A stretch of 64,000 nucleotides of DNA. It comes from Alistipes sp. GTDB taxonomy: Bacteria > Bacteroidota > Bacteroidia > Bacteroidales > Rikenellaceae. The stretch spans positions 145,722-209,721 of the forward strand of contig JAFYQI010000002.1 in NCBI GenBank assembly GCA_017547175.1, given 5' to 3'. Shown here one piece after another: positions 45,970 through 55,760 of this stretch. The notes below the pieces were generated by a model that had not been told where the DNA came from, made no database searches, and saw only the letters and a program-made list of their open reading frames with translations. Position 1 is the first letter of the stretch; every line of letters starts with the position of its first letter. Made by a program: the position numbers and the translations under genes.

Positions 45970-46175
45970 GTTAAAATATCGAAGGCGTAACAAAATAAAA
46001 ATTTCCTGATTGGTTACCAATAACTTGGGGTGCTTCACAACAATACCAGACCTAGCTGGAGCAATCTGTAAAATCCCGATAATGAACAAGTTAAATTATT
46101 AAACTTTGATTTCGGTGGGTTATTGGGATTGGTTGGGAATATTGGAAATTTTGTTACACCTTGAGCATTATTATT
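45970..46175 (+). repeat. ~206-bp intergenic repeat, copy B
   Basis: See copy A. Followed by the -7 box TATTTTTG at 46186-46193. Confidence 0.85.
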
Positions 46176-46255
46176 TAATAATTCGTATTTTTGCAAAGAA
46201 CAATCAAGCAATTACAGAAATACAGCTTTTATACATGCCGATAAATCGACATACC

Positions 46256-46879
46256 ATGAAAGAGATAAATCCCCAAGAGACAACCCGTGCTTATGCTTTC
46301 GAGATGTGGATGCAGGCACCAAATCCGATGGTGACATTTTTCAAGACGCTCAATGTATCGCGCCTGTTGAAATTTAGCAGCCGAAAAGGACTGAAATTCA
46401 ATATGTTGATGTGCTACTGCATTGGTCGTTCAGCCGCACAAGTCAAGGAGTTTTACATGCTGCCAGTGAATGGCAAGTTGATGCAGTTCGACACCATTGC
46501 GGTGAATACCATCGTTGCCAATAGTGCGGGCGAAGTGAGCTCGTGTGATCTCCCTTTTAGCGAGGATTTGGCGCAGTTTAATCTTGACTATCTGCGACTT
46601 ACGAAGCAGGTAGCGGAGAGTTGCACTGACCACGACCTCTCGGAGCAGAGTATGGTTATCGGCACTTCGGCATTGGCGCAATACGAAATTGACGGCGCTG
46701 TGGGAATGTATAGTGGCATTTTCTGCAATCCGTTTATGATTTGGGGCAAGTATAAGTGCGGACTATTTAAGACCACGCTGACCGTATCATTCCAATTCCA
46801 CCACACCCAGATGGACGGTGCCCACGCCGCCAAGTTCCTCGACCTCCTCCAAAAGGAGATAAACAACCTCCGTGCGTAG
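46256..46879 (+). CDS. CatA-like (chloramphenicol acetyltransferase family) O-acetyltransferase
   Basis: Active-site block SFQFHHTQMDGAHAAKF (HHxxxDG) and length of about 207 aa. ATG 46256, or 46235. The upstream part of the track ORF is repeat DNA. Confidence 0.8.
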   Translation: MKEINPQETTRAYAFEMWMQAPNPMVTFFKTLNVSRLLKFSSRKGLKFNMLMCYCIGRSAAQVKEFYMLPVNGKLMQFDTIAVNTIVANSAGEVSSCDLPFSEDLAQFNLDYLRLTKQVAESCTDHDLSEQSMVIGTSALAQYEIDGAVGMYSGIFCNPFMIWGKYKCGLFKTTLTVSFQFHHTQMDGAHAAKFLDLLQKEINNLRA

Positions 46880-47180
46880 CACCTCACGAAATCGCTGCTC
46901 CTCCAGGAAGAGGATCTTCGCTATACCTCAACAGACTCTACCTCTACCCCAAACGCATAAACACGACAAAGGTGCCCGGCGATGGTCGGGCACCTTGTGT
47001 GTACAACAAGATCTATTATCTTAAAAATGGAGATGAGTTGTTTAGTTAATATATCACAGGTGAACACTAAAATAATCTAACTGACTGGTAACCATTCTAT
47101 TAGATGATATTGTTCCCAGCTATATGTTTATTATTTTCTCTTAATTATCTCTTACTAATCTCTCTAATCCTCTATAAATC

Positions 47181-47292
47181 ACCAAGTTAAATTATTTAAC
47201 ACGCATTTTGATATTATTGGAATGATTGGTAGCTTTGTGAGGTGTTGGGTGAGAGTTACATGAAATTTGTTGTACACCTTGAGCATATTAAT
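47181..47292 (+). repeat. partial diverged third copy of the repeat (3' half)
   Basis: Shares ACCAAGTTAAATTATT and TACACCTTGAGCAT with copies A and B. The G/T-rich middle has diverged. Confidence 0.6.
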
Positions 47293-47303
47293 TTCTTTTT
47301 ATG

Positions 47304-47345
47304 TTTTAGGGGCATAATCCATGCAAGCATAGCATGCCCCTAAAA
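47304..47345. other. 12-bp perfect hairpin TTTTAGGGGCAT ... ATGCCCCTAAAA
   Basis: Arms 47304-47315 and 47334-47345. Lies between repeat copy C and the tRNA-Ser terminator. Confidence 0.6.
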
Positions 47346-47372
47346 CAAAAAAGCTTCTGCTATTGCAGAAGC
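47346..47372 (-). terminator. terminator of tRNA-Ser
   Basis: GCTTCTGC-TATT-GCAGAAGC with a T-run on the minus strand. Confidence 0.65.
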
Positions 47373-47399
47373 CGTGCAAATCGTTCGTTTGCCTTTTTG

Positions 47400-47487
47400 C
47401 GGAGAGGACGAGATTCGAACTCGTGGTACCCTAATCAGGTACGTCGGTTTAGCAAACCGGTGGTTTCAGCCACTCACCCACCTCTCC
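47400..47487 (-). tRNA. tRNA-Ser (anticodon GCT), long variable arm
   Basis: Acceptor GGAGAGG/CCTCTCC, anticodon loop TTGCTAA, T arm ACGAG-TTCGAAT-CTCGT. Confidence 0.9.
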
Positions 47488-47574
47488 GTTGCCCATTTTC
47501 GGTCGTTTTATTCCGAAAGGGTGTGCAAATATAGGGCGAAATTTGGAATTAACAAAATTTCAGTGCGAAAATTT

Positions 47575-47862
47575 CTATTTCGAGGGAATCGAACATTGAA
47601 TCAACGCCGCCGTGATGATTGCACCCGGGATGCCGACAAACATCGGCATTAGTTCGTTGCGTACGCCCGCTATAGTCAGCAGTGCCAGCACCAAAGCTGT
47701 CGACATCAGCCCCCAAAAGGCGACACGTCCCGTCTTTTTCGGATCCATGTATTCACGATCCTTCTCGGACAAAACATTGAGGTACTGCGGCTTAAAGCGC
47801 ACAAAGACAGCTATTGCGGCCAGGATGGCAGCAATCGACAAGTTGACGATCAAACCTTCCAT
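47575..47862 (-). CDS. small membrane protein (three predicted TM helices)
   Basis: Hydrophobic segments LSIAAILAAIAVFV, VAFWGLMSTALVLALLTIAG, MFVGIPGAIITAALI. Confidence 0.55.
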   Translation of the reverse strand: MEGLIVNLSIAAILAAIAVFVRFKPQYLNVLSEKDREYMDPKKTGRVAFWGLMSTALVLALLTIAGVRNELMPMFVGIPGAIITAALIQCSIPSK

Positions 47863-47865
47863 GCG

Positions 47866-48582
47866 TTACTCTTTTTGCACCAAACGACGATAGATACAGG
47901 TTTTGTTTTGGCACACCACGCATCCGTAGGCTCTTCTGCGCACCTTTTCGCCAATGCCAATCACACCGCTTACCGATTTGATTGGGTGCATCAGACAACT
48001 CTCGCTCAACTCGATGCCCGTCGGATTCTCGCCCACAAAGCCAAAGAGGGCACGCTGATCCTTGAGTGGCCAGTTGCAGTAGCCCGGGCTGTAGCGGTTC
48101 GTAATCTTCAGTCCACGCTGCGCCTGCTCCTCCTTCAGTGCCTGGTGAATTTTATCCATCGCACGCTCCACGGCGAGTGAGCCAATAGCATCAATGATAT
48201 AGGCCTCAAGGAACTCACCCTCTGCATTGAGTCGATGCGCCTCATCCGAGAATAACGGACCTGCCGTGCAGAGGAAGAGTGCCGCCTCCGTAGCCTCTTT
48301 CAGGTAGCCGCAGACCTGCGTTCCTGCTTCAAACGTAACTCCCTCGACTGTAAGTAGGCCACCCTGCATATCCACAGCATCAACAGCCCCGATAGCATAG
48401 CCGCCAACAGCCTGCAACTCGCTGGTAGCAAGCTCGTCCAAGCGCTCCTGCATATAGGCATAAGCGGGATGCTCGGTATCTCCATCCATGTGGAGATACC
48501 GAGCAAGCTCATCGAGCGAGGGCAAAACCTCGCCATAGGGGAAACGATAGGTATGAAACGTCGATTTCACGCTATCGTGCAT
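47866..48582 (-). CDS. methionine-synthase activation-domain-like protein (corrinoid reactivation?)
   Basis: Third gene of the corrinoid operon. The C-terminal Cys cluster YGCVVCQNKTCIY and overall resemblance are from memory. ATG 48582 chosen. Confidence 0.5.
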   Translation of the reverse strand: MHDSVKSTFHTYRFPYGEVLPSLDELARYLHMDGDTEHPAYAYMQERLDELATSELQAVGGYAIGAVDAVDMQGGLLTVEGVTFEAGTQVCGYLKEATEAALFLCTAGPLFSDEAHRLNAEGEFLEAYIIDAIGSLAVERAMDKIHQALKEEQAQRGLKITNRYSPGYCNWPLKDQRALFGFVGENPTGIELSESCLMHPIKSVSGVIGIGEKVRRRAYGCVVCQNKTCIYRRLVQKE

Positions 48583-49567
48583 TGTAGGCATCAACAGCCT
48601 CGAAGAATGCCTTGATATTGGCTTCAGGCACCTCGGGCGGCAGGTCACAACCCGTCGAGATCACGAAGTTCTTGGCCTCGGCAGTCTTCTCCAGCAGGTC
48701 GGTCGTTGCGGCCGAAACAGCCTCGGGCGTAGCCTGCTGAATCACATTCACGGGATCGAGGTTTCCCATTACGAGCATATCCTCGGGAACCTCGGTCAGC
48801 GCCTGCGGAATATCTACCAGATTACCGAAGTGGAGGGCACGTGCGCCACACTCCACCATGGCGTGCGTACACTGACCCATGTTACCGCAATTGTGCAGAA
48901 TAACCGTAAAGTCATCATCCTGTACGGCGTCTACAATCTGCTTCACATAAGGCGTAGCATAGACCATGTGGTCCTCGTCCGAAAGCAGACCGGCAGCCGG
49001 CTCGGCCATTACCACACCGGCAACTCCCGTAGCCTTGAGGGCCTTGCAGTAGTCGATCAGGAAGGCCGTACACTTATCCAATAGGGCCATGATTACATCC
49101 GGCTCGATGTAAATAGCCACCATGATCTCGCTCATGTCGTACAGACGACCGGCCAACGAGAAGGGACCGATACAACCTGCCAAGACGGGGCGGTCGGTAA
49201 TCTGCTCAACAGCCAAACGATTTGCCTTGAGGAACTCGGGTACGCGACCCGCCTCCAGCGAAGGCACGGCAAGCGCCTCAACCGAAGCGGCATCCGAAAC
49301 CAAGCGCTCCGTAACGGTCGGGATCTCGTTCTCCGGGATCAGAATCTTAGCACCAAAAGCCTCGGCCTCAACCGTCAAATCCATGATCACCGTCGATGCA
49401 GCCGAAGGATAACGCTCGGCGAGTGCCTTGATCGCCTCAAAATGAGTCTGACCATCGGTCACAGCCTCGCGCACCGTCTTGCCGATATACTCAATACCCG
49501 GATGGGTCATGATCGGCACTGCTACGCGCTTCGGATTGGCCATCAGGCCATCTATCCACTTTTTCAT
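48572..49567 (-). CDS. uroporphyrinogen-decarboxylase-family methyltransferase (MtaA/CmuA-like)
   Basis: URO-D fold pattern and Zn-site-like ILHNCGN. Adjacent to a corrinoid protein. Confidence 0.75.
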   Translation of the reverse strand: MKKWIDGLMANPKRVAVPIMTHPGIEYIGKTVREAVTDGQTHFEAIKALAERYPSAASTVIMDLTVEAEAFGAKILIPENEIPTVTERLVSDAASVEALAVPSLEAGRVPEFLKANRLAVEQITDRPVLAGCIGPFSLAGRLYDMSEIMVAIYIEPDVIMALLDKCTAFLIDYCKALKATGVAGVVMAEPAAGLLSDEDHMVYATPYVKQIVDAVQDDDFTVILHNCGNMGQCTHAMVECGARALHFGNLVDIPQALTEVPEDMLVMGNLDPVNVIQQATPEAVSAATTDLLEKTAEAKNFVISTGCDLPPEVPEANIKAFFEAVDAYNAR

Positions 49568-49582
49568 GGGAGCGTGTGTTTA

Positions 49583-50254
49583 TTAGGCGTTCAAGAAGCT
49601 CTCCAGGATCTTGATATCGTCCTGCGGGTCGGCAGCATAGCCATCAGCACCGATCTCCTGAGCAAACTCAGCCGATACGGGGGCACCACCCACGATAAAC
49701 TTCACCTCAGGATGCGTCTCGTGTACCTTGTCGATGATCGTCTTCATGTTGGTCATCGTCGTCGTCAGCAGGGCCGACAGACCTACGTGTGCACCCGGGT
49801 GCTTCTCGATGGCAGCTACAAACTTCTCGGCCGAAACATCAACGCCCAGGTCGATAACCTCCCAACCGGCACCTTCGACCATCATGCATACGAGGTTCTT
49901 ACCAATATCGTGCAGGTCACCAAATACGGTACCGATCACAAACGTACCCTTGCGCTTCACCTCACCCGACTGGAAGAAGGGCTTGATGTGGGTCAAGGCA
50001 GCATTCATAGCCTTGGCCGAAAGCAGCATCTGGGGAACAAACACCTGACCTTCGGTAAACTTCTGACCTACACGCGTCATGGCGGGAATCAGGGCCGTGT
50101 CCATAATTTCCGAGGGGGCGATGCCGGCATCCAAAGCCTGCTTCGTGAGTTCCATAGCACCCTCCTGACCACGCATCTGCGGCGGATAGGGCGAAGCCGT
50201 GTTAATCTTACCAAACTCAATGCAGGTAAAGAGCTTTTCGAGAATTTCGTTCAT
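49583..50254 (-). CDS. corrinoid (B12-binding) protein
   Basis: B12-binding DxHxxG in GDLHDIGKN, with an N-terminal helical cap. Confidence 0.85.
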   Translation of the reverse strand: MNEILEKLFTCIEFGKINTASPYPPQMRGQEGAMELTKQALDAGIAPSEIMDTALIPAMTRVGQKFTEGQVFVPQMLLSAKAMNAALTHIKPFFQSGEVKRKGTFVIGTVFGDLHDIGKNLVCMMVEGAGWEVIDLGVDVSAEKFVAAIEKHPGAHVGLSALLTTTMTNMKTIIDKVHETHPEVKFIVGGAPVSAEFAQEIGADGYAADPQDDIKILESFLNA

Positions 50255-50546
50255 AGTTGTATGGTTTAATTATGTGCATGCAAAATATCATGCGAATATA
50301 CCAACAAAAAATGAAAGTTCAAAATTTAAAAAGCCCAGGAATCGGAGTTATATCAGAATTTTAGAAAGATTCGCCATTCCGAGGAAGTGAAACACACACA
50401 AAACAGATTCAGAACAGTTCCCTACATCACGACTACACCCCTTCTTGTTCCCACTCAGAGCTTCCCCATCCAGCGCGATTACCCACCCAAATTTTGTTTT
50501 CTAAACTTCTTTTCCTATCTTTGTTTGATTTATCAAACACTTTCCT

Positions 50547-52370
50547 ATGAAACGATTGCTGACGCTGCTTTGCAGCCTTTGTCTGCCGACCCTCCTTGTG
50601 GCGGGAAATATCTTTGTATCACCTACGGGAAATGATGCTGCCGATGGCAGCCAAACCTCCCCACTACGCACTCCTCACGCTGCGCTGAAGATGGCTCGCG
50701 AGTGGCGTCGCACGGCGGACCCCCGCTGCACGGGTGGTATTAAGATCTGCTTTGAGGCAGGTCGCTACACACTCGATCGCCCGATCTATATCCGTCCCGA
50801 GGACAGTGGTACGGCCGATTCTCCTACTACGCTATGCACTGCGGAGGGCGCCGAGGGTAAAGTCTACATTGTGGGCAGTCTGCCGCTGCAGCATTGGACG
50901 CGCGAGGGCAATTGCTGGGTGACCGAAGCACCGAAAGAGCACGGAAAGCCCATCCACGCCCGTCAGCTGTGGGGTTTTGCCGGCAAGCTGCACCGCGCCA
51001 ACCAATTTGGTCCTGCAACCATGGAGCGCATGATCGCCTTCGATAAAGAGCACCAAACGATCACAATCCCGAAGCCAGCAATTGAAGGTCTGGACAATGT
51101 TGAAGGATTGGAGATGATGGTTCATCAGCGTTGGGCCACGGCCATCCTGCGCGTAAAGGAGATGCACTACAAGGGTAACGAGGCGATTGTTTCGTTCCTC
51201 GAGCCCGAGAGCTACCTCGAATTTGCACACCCCTGGCCGCAGCCGGTCATTGGCGAAGAGAAGGGGAACTCCTCCTTCATGCTGATGAACGCCCGCGCGA
51301 TGCTCAACGAAGATTACGAGTGGTGGCAAGATCCCGCTACGGGTCGCATCTACCTCTACGCTGAGGATACGACGATCGACCCAAATCGTCAGACAGTCTA
51401 CATCCCCACCCTGGAGTGCCTCATGACCATCGAGGGTGCACCGCAAAAGCAGATCGAGCACCTGCACTTCATCGGCCTGACCTTTGCCGACACGGCCTGG
51501 AATCGTCCCTCGAAGGAGGGGCACGTCACCCTGCAGGGAGGTTTCCCCTTTATCGACGGCTATAAACTCCACGATCAACCGGGCTTTGCATGGGATCCGA
51601 ACCTGGAGAATCAAGCATGGCTCGTTCGTCCCGATGCAGCTGTCTCGGTACGAAATGCACGCCACATCAGTTTCACGAAGTGTTCATTTGTAGCGCTCGG
51701 TGCTACGGGTCTTGATTTGGCAGCCAATGTTCACCACTCGAAGGTGAGCCATTGCACCTTCCGTAACATCGGAGGTACGGCCCTGCTCGCAGGTTCGTTT
51801 GGCGAGGGCCCGACCGAGGTACATATCCCCTACAACAAGATTGGCTCCAAGGAGGGTTTCTGCACCCACCTGGACATCTCGTGCAACACCGTTACCAACT
51901 GCACGCGCGAGGATTGGGGCGCCGTGGGTATCGGTTGCGGTTATGTGAGCGATGTGATGATCTATGGCAACCACGTCTCGCAGGTCAACTATTCGGCAAT
52001 CGCCGTGGGTTGGGGCTGGACAAAGCATAAGACCGGCATGAAACGCAACCACATCGTCTGCAACACGGTGCGCGACTATGCCCGCCAGCTCTACGACACG
52101 GGCGGCATCTACACCCTCTCGAATCAACCCAAATCGACGATCAAGCATAATATCATCTATGCCCCCGTCGAGGCTCCCTACGCCACGAACGATCGTGCCT
52201 TCTGCATCTACCTCGATGCGGCGACCGATGGTTACACAATCTCGAATAACTGGTGTGAGATTTCCGACTCATTCGGTTTCAACAATCCGGGGCCCAAGGT
52301 ACGTTTCGAGGGTCTGAACGGTCCCGAGGTGAATCGTCAAGGAATCGAACTACCCGAATTGAACAAATAG
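50547..52370 (+). CDS. secreted right-handed beta-helix repeat protein (glycan-active enzyme-like)
   Basis: Signal peptide. NIFVSPTGNDAADGSQTSPL start typical of pectate-lyase-fold proteins. Confidence 0.7.
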   Translation: MKRLLTLLCSLCLPTLLVAGNIFVSPTGNDAADGSQTSPLRTPHAALKMAREWRRTADPRCTGGIKICFEAGRYTLDRPIYIRPEDSGTADSPTTLCTAEGAEGKVYIVGSLPLQHWTREGNCWVTEAPKEHGKPIHARQLWGFAGKLHRANQFGPATMERMIAFDKEHQTITIPKPAIEGLDNVEGLEMMVHQRWATAILRVKEMHYKGNEAIVSFLEPESYLEFAHPWPQPVIGEEKGNSSFMLMNARAMLNEDYEWWQDPATGRIYLYAEDTTIDPNRQTVYIPTLECLMTIEGAPQKQIEHLHFIGLTFADTAWNRPSKEGHVTLQGGFPFIDGYKLHDQPGFAWDPNLENQAWLVRPDAAVSVRNARHISFTKCSFVALGATGLDLAANVHHSKVSHCTFRNIGGTALLAGSFGEGPTEVHIPYNKIGSKEGFCTHLDISCNTVTNCTREDWGAVGIGCGYVSDVMIYGNHVSQVNYSAIAVGWGWTKHKTGMKRNHIVCNTVRDYARQLYDTGGIYTLSNQPKSTIKHNIIYAPVEAPYATNDRAFCIYLDAATDGYTISNNWCEISDSFGFNNPGPKVRFEGLNGPEVNRQGIELPELNK

Positions 52371-52399
52371 ACAAATAATTTACATAAAACTCAAATACT

Positions 52400-54655
52400 G
52401 TGAAACAGACGAATTATCATCTTTTCGATTTTCTGGATTTCGATCCCGATCTGAAGATCGACGAAGCGCTCTGGAAAGCCTATAAACCCACGTCGGTAGA
52501 GGCTGTAGACGGCGATATTCACATTGCTGTTCCCTTCCAGAAACAACTTTTGGCTGCCGATATGGCTGCCGATACCCAAGCCGAGCAAGTTACCCATACG
52601 CTGATTCTGCGCGCCTATGGCGACGAGATCATGCGCCTGTTCCTCGACGTAGAGGGTCATCGTCCCTCCGACGAGAGCGAAATGCTGTGCTATGCCCCCT
52701 CAGTAAAGCAAACTCCCTTGACGGCCACCTTTGCCGACAACGTATGGTCGTTTTGCGACGAGCAGGGACACCTGCGTGGTGAGTTAAACCTCAAGGAGGC
52801 CGTAATCGACTTCTGGAGTGACCTGCAACCCGCCCCGCAACCCACGATCGATTTGACGATCTACCCCGATGGCAATACCGATAAGCCGGTACGTCTTTCG
52901 GCTTACGACCATTTCTCGCCCCCGCGCTACGATGCACTGCCGTTGGCTTACTGCGAAACACAGCAGAAGGCTGACCGCGCCACCCTCTCGTTTGAGTGCA
53001 AGGCCGACGAGTGTTTCGCCGGTACGGGTGAGCGTTTCACGAAGATGGACCTGAGCGGTCACACCTTCTACCTAAAGAATCAGGATGGTCAGGGCGTAAA
53101 CAACCGCCGCGCCTATAAGAATATTCCCTTCTTCTTGTCGAGTCGTCTGTATGGTGTTTTCTACCACACGAGCGACTACTGCAAGCTCTCGTTGGCCGAC
53201 CATTCGACCCGCTCGGTACAGTACCTCTGCGAAGCTCCCGTCGTGGATGCCTACCTGATCGGTGGCGCTACTCCCGAGCGCATTCTCTACAACTACCGCA
53301 CCCTGACGGGCTTCCCGTCGTTGCCGCCGATGTGGAGTTTTGGTATCTGGATGAGCCGCATGACCTACTTCTCGGCCGACGAGGTGCAGGAGATCTGCGA
53401 CCGTCTGCGTCGCGAGAAGTACCCTTGCGATGTGATCCACCTCGACACGGGTTGGTTCCGCACCGACTGGCTCTGCGAGTGGAAGTTCAACCCCGAGCGC
53501 TTCCCCGATCCCGAAGGGTTCCTACAGGGGTTGAAGAAGGATGGCTACCGTGTATCGCTCTGGCAGTTGCCCTACGTAGCTGAGGGTGCCGAGCAGATCA
53601 CCGAGGCCAAAGATAACCGCTACATCGCTCCCCTCACGAAGGAGCAGGAGCGTGCCGAGGGTTCGAACTTCTCAACGCTGGATTATGCCGGTACGATCGA
53701 CTTCACCTACCCGAAGGCAACGGCTTGGTATAAGGGACTGCTGAAGGAACTGCTTGATATGGGTGTAGTCTGCATCAAGACCGATTTCGGTGAGAATATC
53801 CATATGGATGCCGACTACTACGGCATGACCCCCGAGAAGCTCAACAACCTCTATGCACTGCTCTACCAAAAGGCAGCCTACGAGATCACGAAGGACGTGA
53901 CGGGCGACGGTATCGTCTGGGCACGTGCTGCCTGGGCAGGTTGCCAGCGTTACCCGCTCCATTGGGGTGGTGATTCAGCCTCGACGTGGGACGGCATGGC
54001 CGGATCGGTCAAGGGTGGTCTACACTTTGGTCTTTCGGGCTTCGGTTTCTGGAGCCACGACGTGCCGGGCTTCCACTCGCTGCCCAACTTCATGAACTCG
54101 CCCCTTGATGAAAAGGTCTATGTACGTTGGACGCAGTTTGGCGTCTTCACCTCGCACATGCGCTACCACGGATCGTTCAAGCGTGAGCCGTGGCACTACC
54201 CCGCCATCGCCCCCATCGTGAAGCGTTGGTGGAAGCTCCGCTATCGCCTGATGCCCTACATTCTGGAGGAGGCTAAAGCGGCCACCGAGACGGGTTATCC
54301 GATGGTGCGCGCCCTCTTGATGCATCACGCCGACGATCGTCAGGTATGGCATATTGACGATGAGTACTACTTCGGTTCGGAGTTCCTCGTAGCCCCCGTT
54401 ATGAACGACAAGGGGGTACGTGATGTCTATCTGCCCGAAGGCCGTTGGGTCAACTTCTTTACTGGTGAGCGCTACGAGGGTGGTCGCTGGTTGAAGGGAG
54501 TTGTTACGCCGCTCGACGAGATGCCCGTCTATGTCAAAGAGGGGGCTAAGTTGTCGATCTACCCCGACATCGAGCCGCAGCATACCGACCAGATGGATCT
54601 TCAGAAGGCCGAGGTGCTTACTATTGACGAAACATTCAACGGATTTAAGTTCTAA
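52400..54655 (+). CDS. glycoside hydrolase family 31 (alpha-xylosidase/alpha-glucosidase-like)
   Basis: IHLDTGWF, CIKTDFGE and HWGGD blocks. GTG start. Confidence 0.85.
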   Translation: MKQTNYHLFDFLDFDPDLKIDEALWKAYKPTSVEAVDGDIHIAVPFQKQLLAADMAADTQAEQVTHTLILRAYGDEIMRLFLDVEGHRPSDESEMLCYAPSVKQTPLTATFADNVWSFCDEQGHLRGELNLKEAVIDFWSDLQPAPQPTIDLTIYPDGNTDKPVRLSAYDHFSPPRYDALPLAYCETQQKADRATLSFECKADECFAGTGERFTKMDLSGHTFYLKNQDGQGVNNRRAYKNIPFFLSSRLYGVFYHTSDYCKLSLADHSTRSVQYLCEAPVVDAYLIGGATPERILYNYRTLTGFPSLPPMWSFGIWMSRMTYFSADEVQEICDRLRREKYPCDVIHLDTGWFRTDWLCEWKFNPERFPDPEGFLQGLKKDGYRVSLWQLPYVAEGAEQITEAKDNRYIAPLTKEQERAEGSNFSTLDYAGTIDFTYPKATAWYKGLLKELLDMGVVCIKTDFGENIHMDADYYGMTPEKLNNLYALLYQKAAYEITKDVTGDGIVWARAAWAGCQRYPLHWGGDSASTWDGMAGSVKGGLHFGLSGFGFWSHDVPGFHSLPNFMNSPLDEKVYVRWTQFGVFTSHMRYHGSFKREPWHYPAIAPIVKRWWKLRYRLMPYILEEAKAATETGYPMVRALLMHHADDRQVWHIDDEYYFGSEFLVAPVMNDKGVRDVYLPEGRWVNFFTGERYEGGRWLKGVVTPLDEMPVYVKEGAKLSIYPDIEPQHTDQMDLQKAEVLTIDETFNGFKF

Positions 54656-54664
54656 CAAGATACT

Positions 54665-55729
54665 ATGCAGACCTGGAAAAAAAATTGGGAGGAGTCAAAA
54701 CAGAACTACCTCGCCTGGTGGCAGCACAAGGGGTGCGTCCTGACCATGTGGGAGCACCTCCAAACGGGGGTTACCCCGCACGCCGAGGTACCGGCCCCTG
54801 CCGCACCTAAAGATATGAATCAGCGTTGGTTCGACCCCGAATGGCGCGCCGAAGAGCTAAACCACTACGTGGCTCACTCGTCGCTCAAGGCTGACATCCT
54901 GCCCGTAGCCAACACGCAGCTTGGCCCCGGCTCGCTCGCTGCCATCCTGGGTGGCCGCCTCGAGGGTGGTGCCGACACGATTTGGATTCACCCCGCAGAG
55001 GCAGTGGGTCAGGATATCATCTTCGACCCCGAGAATGCCGCCTACAAACTTCACAAAGAACTGTTGCAGGCATCGAAGGCTCTTGCCAAGGGCAACTACT
55101 ATGTCGGCATGCCCGACCTGATGGAGGGTCTGGATGTGTTGGCTGCCATTCGTGGCACGGACAACGTACTGCTCGACACGATGATCGATCCCGACCTGTT
55201 GGAGCACCAGCTCAAGCAGGTCAACGAGATCTATTTTAAGGTCTATGACGAGCTCTACAACATCATCCGCGAGGATGACGGCATGGCCTTCTGCTACTTC
55301 TCGATTTGGGGTCCGGGCCGTGTGAGCAAGCTCCAGAGCGACATCTCGATCATGATCTCTGAGGAGGATTACCGCCGCTTCGTGCAGCCCTTCATCCGCG
55401 AGCAGTGTCAGAAGCTCGATTACACGCTCTACCACCTCGACGGCGTGGGTGCCATTCGTCACCTCGACGCATTGCTTGAGATCGAAGAGCTGGATGCCAT
55501 TCAGTGGACCCCGGGTGTGGGTGAACCGCAGGGTGGCGACAAGAAATGGTACGACTTGTATCGCCGCATCAAGGCGGGTGGCAAGTCGATCGAGGCCAAC
55601 TGGATCACACTCGACGAGTTGGAGCCCCTCTTGGACAATGTGGGTGCCGAGGGTATGCTGCTCTCGATGGACTTCAAGAACGAGGCTGAGATTGATCAGG
55701 CCCTGAAGATCGTGGAGAAATACCGCTAA
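54665..55729 (+). CDS. hypothetical protein, possibly URO-D-like fold
   Basis: Clear coding bias. YHLDGVGAIRHLDALLEIEELDAIQWTPG weakly resembles URO-D family C-termini. Function unknown. Confidence 0.5.
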   Translation: MQTWKKNWEESKQNYLAWWQHKGCVLTMWEHLQTGVTPHAEVPAPAAPKDMNQRWFDPEWRAEELNHYVAHSSLKADILPVANTQLGPGSLAAILGGRLEGGADTIWIHPAEAVGQDIIFDPENAAYKLHKELLQASKALAKGNYYVGMPDLMEGLDVLAAIRGTDNVLLDTMIDPDLLEHQLKQVNEIYFKVYDELYNIIREDDGMAFCYFSIWGPGRVSKLQSDISIMISEEDYRRFVQPFIREQCQKLDYTLYHLDGVGAIRHLDALLEIEELDAIQWTPGVGEPQGGDKKWYDLYRRIKAGGKSIEANWITLDELEPLLDNVGAEGMLLSMDFKNEAEIDQALKIVEKYR

Positions 55730-55760
55730 TAATGACAACTAACCAATTTTACGAATACTT

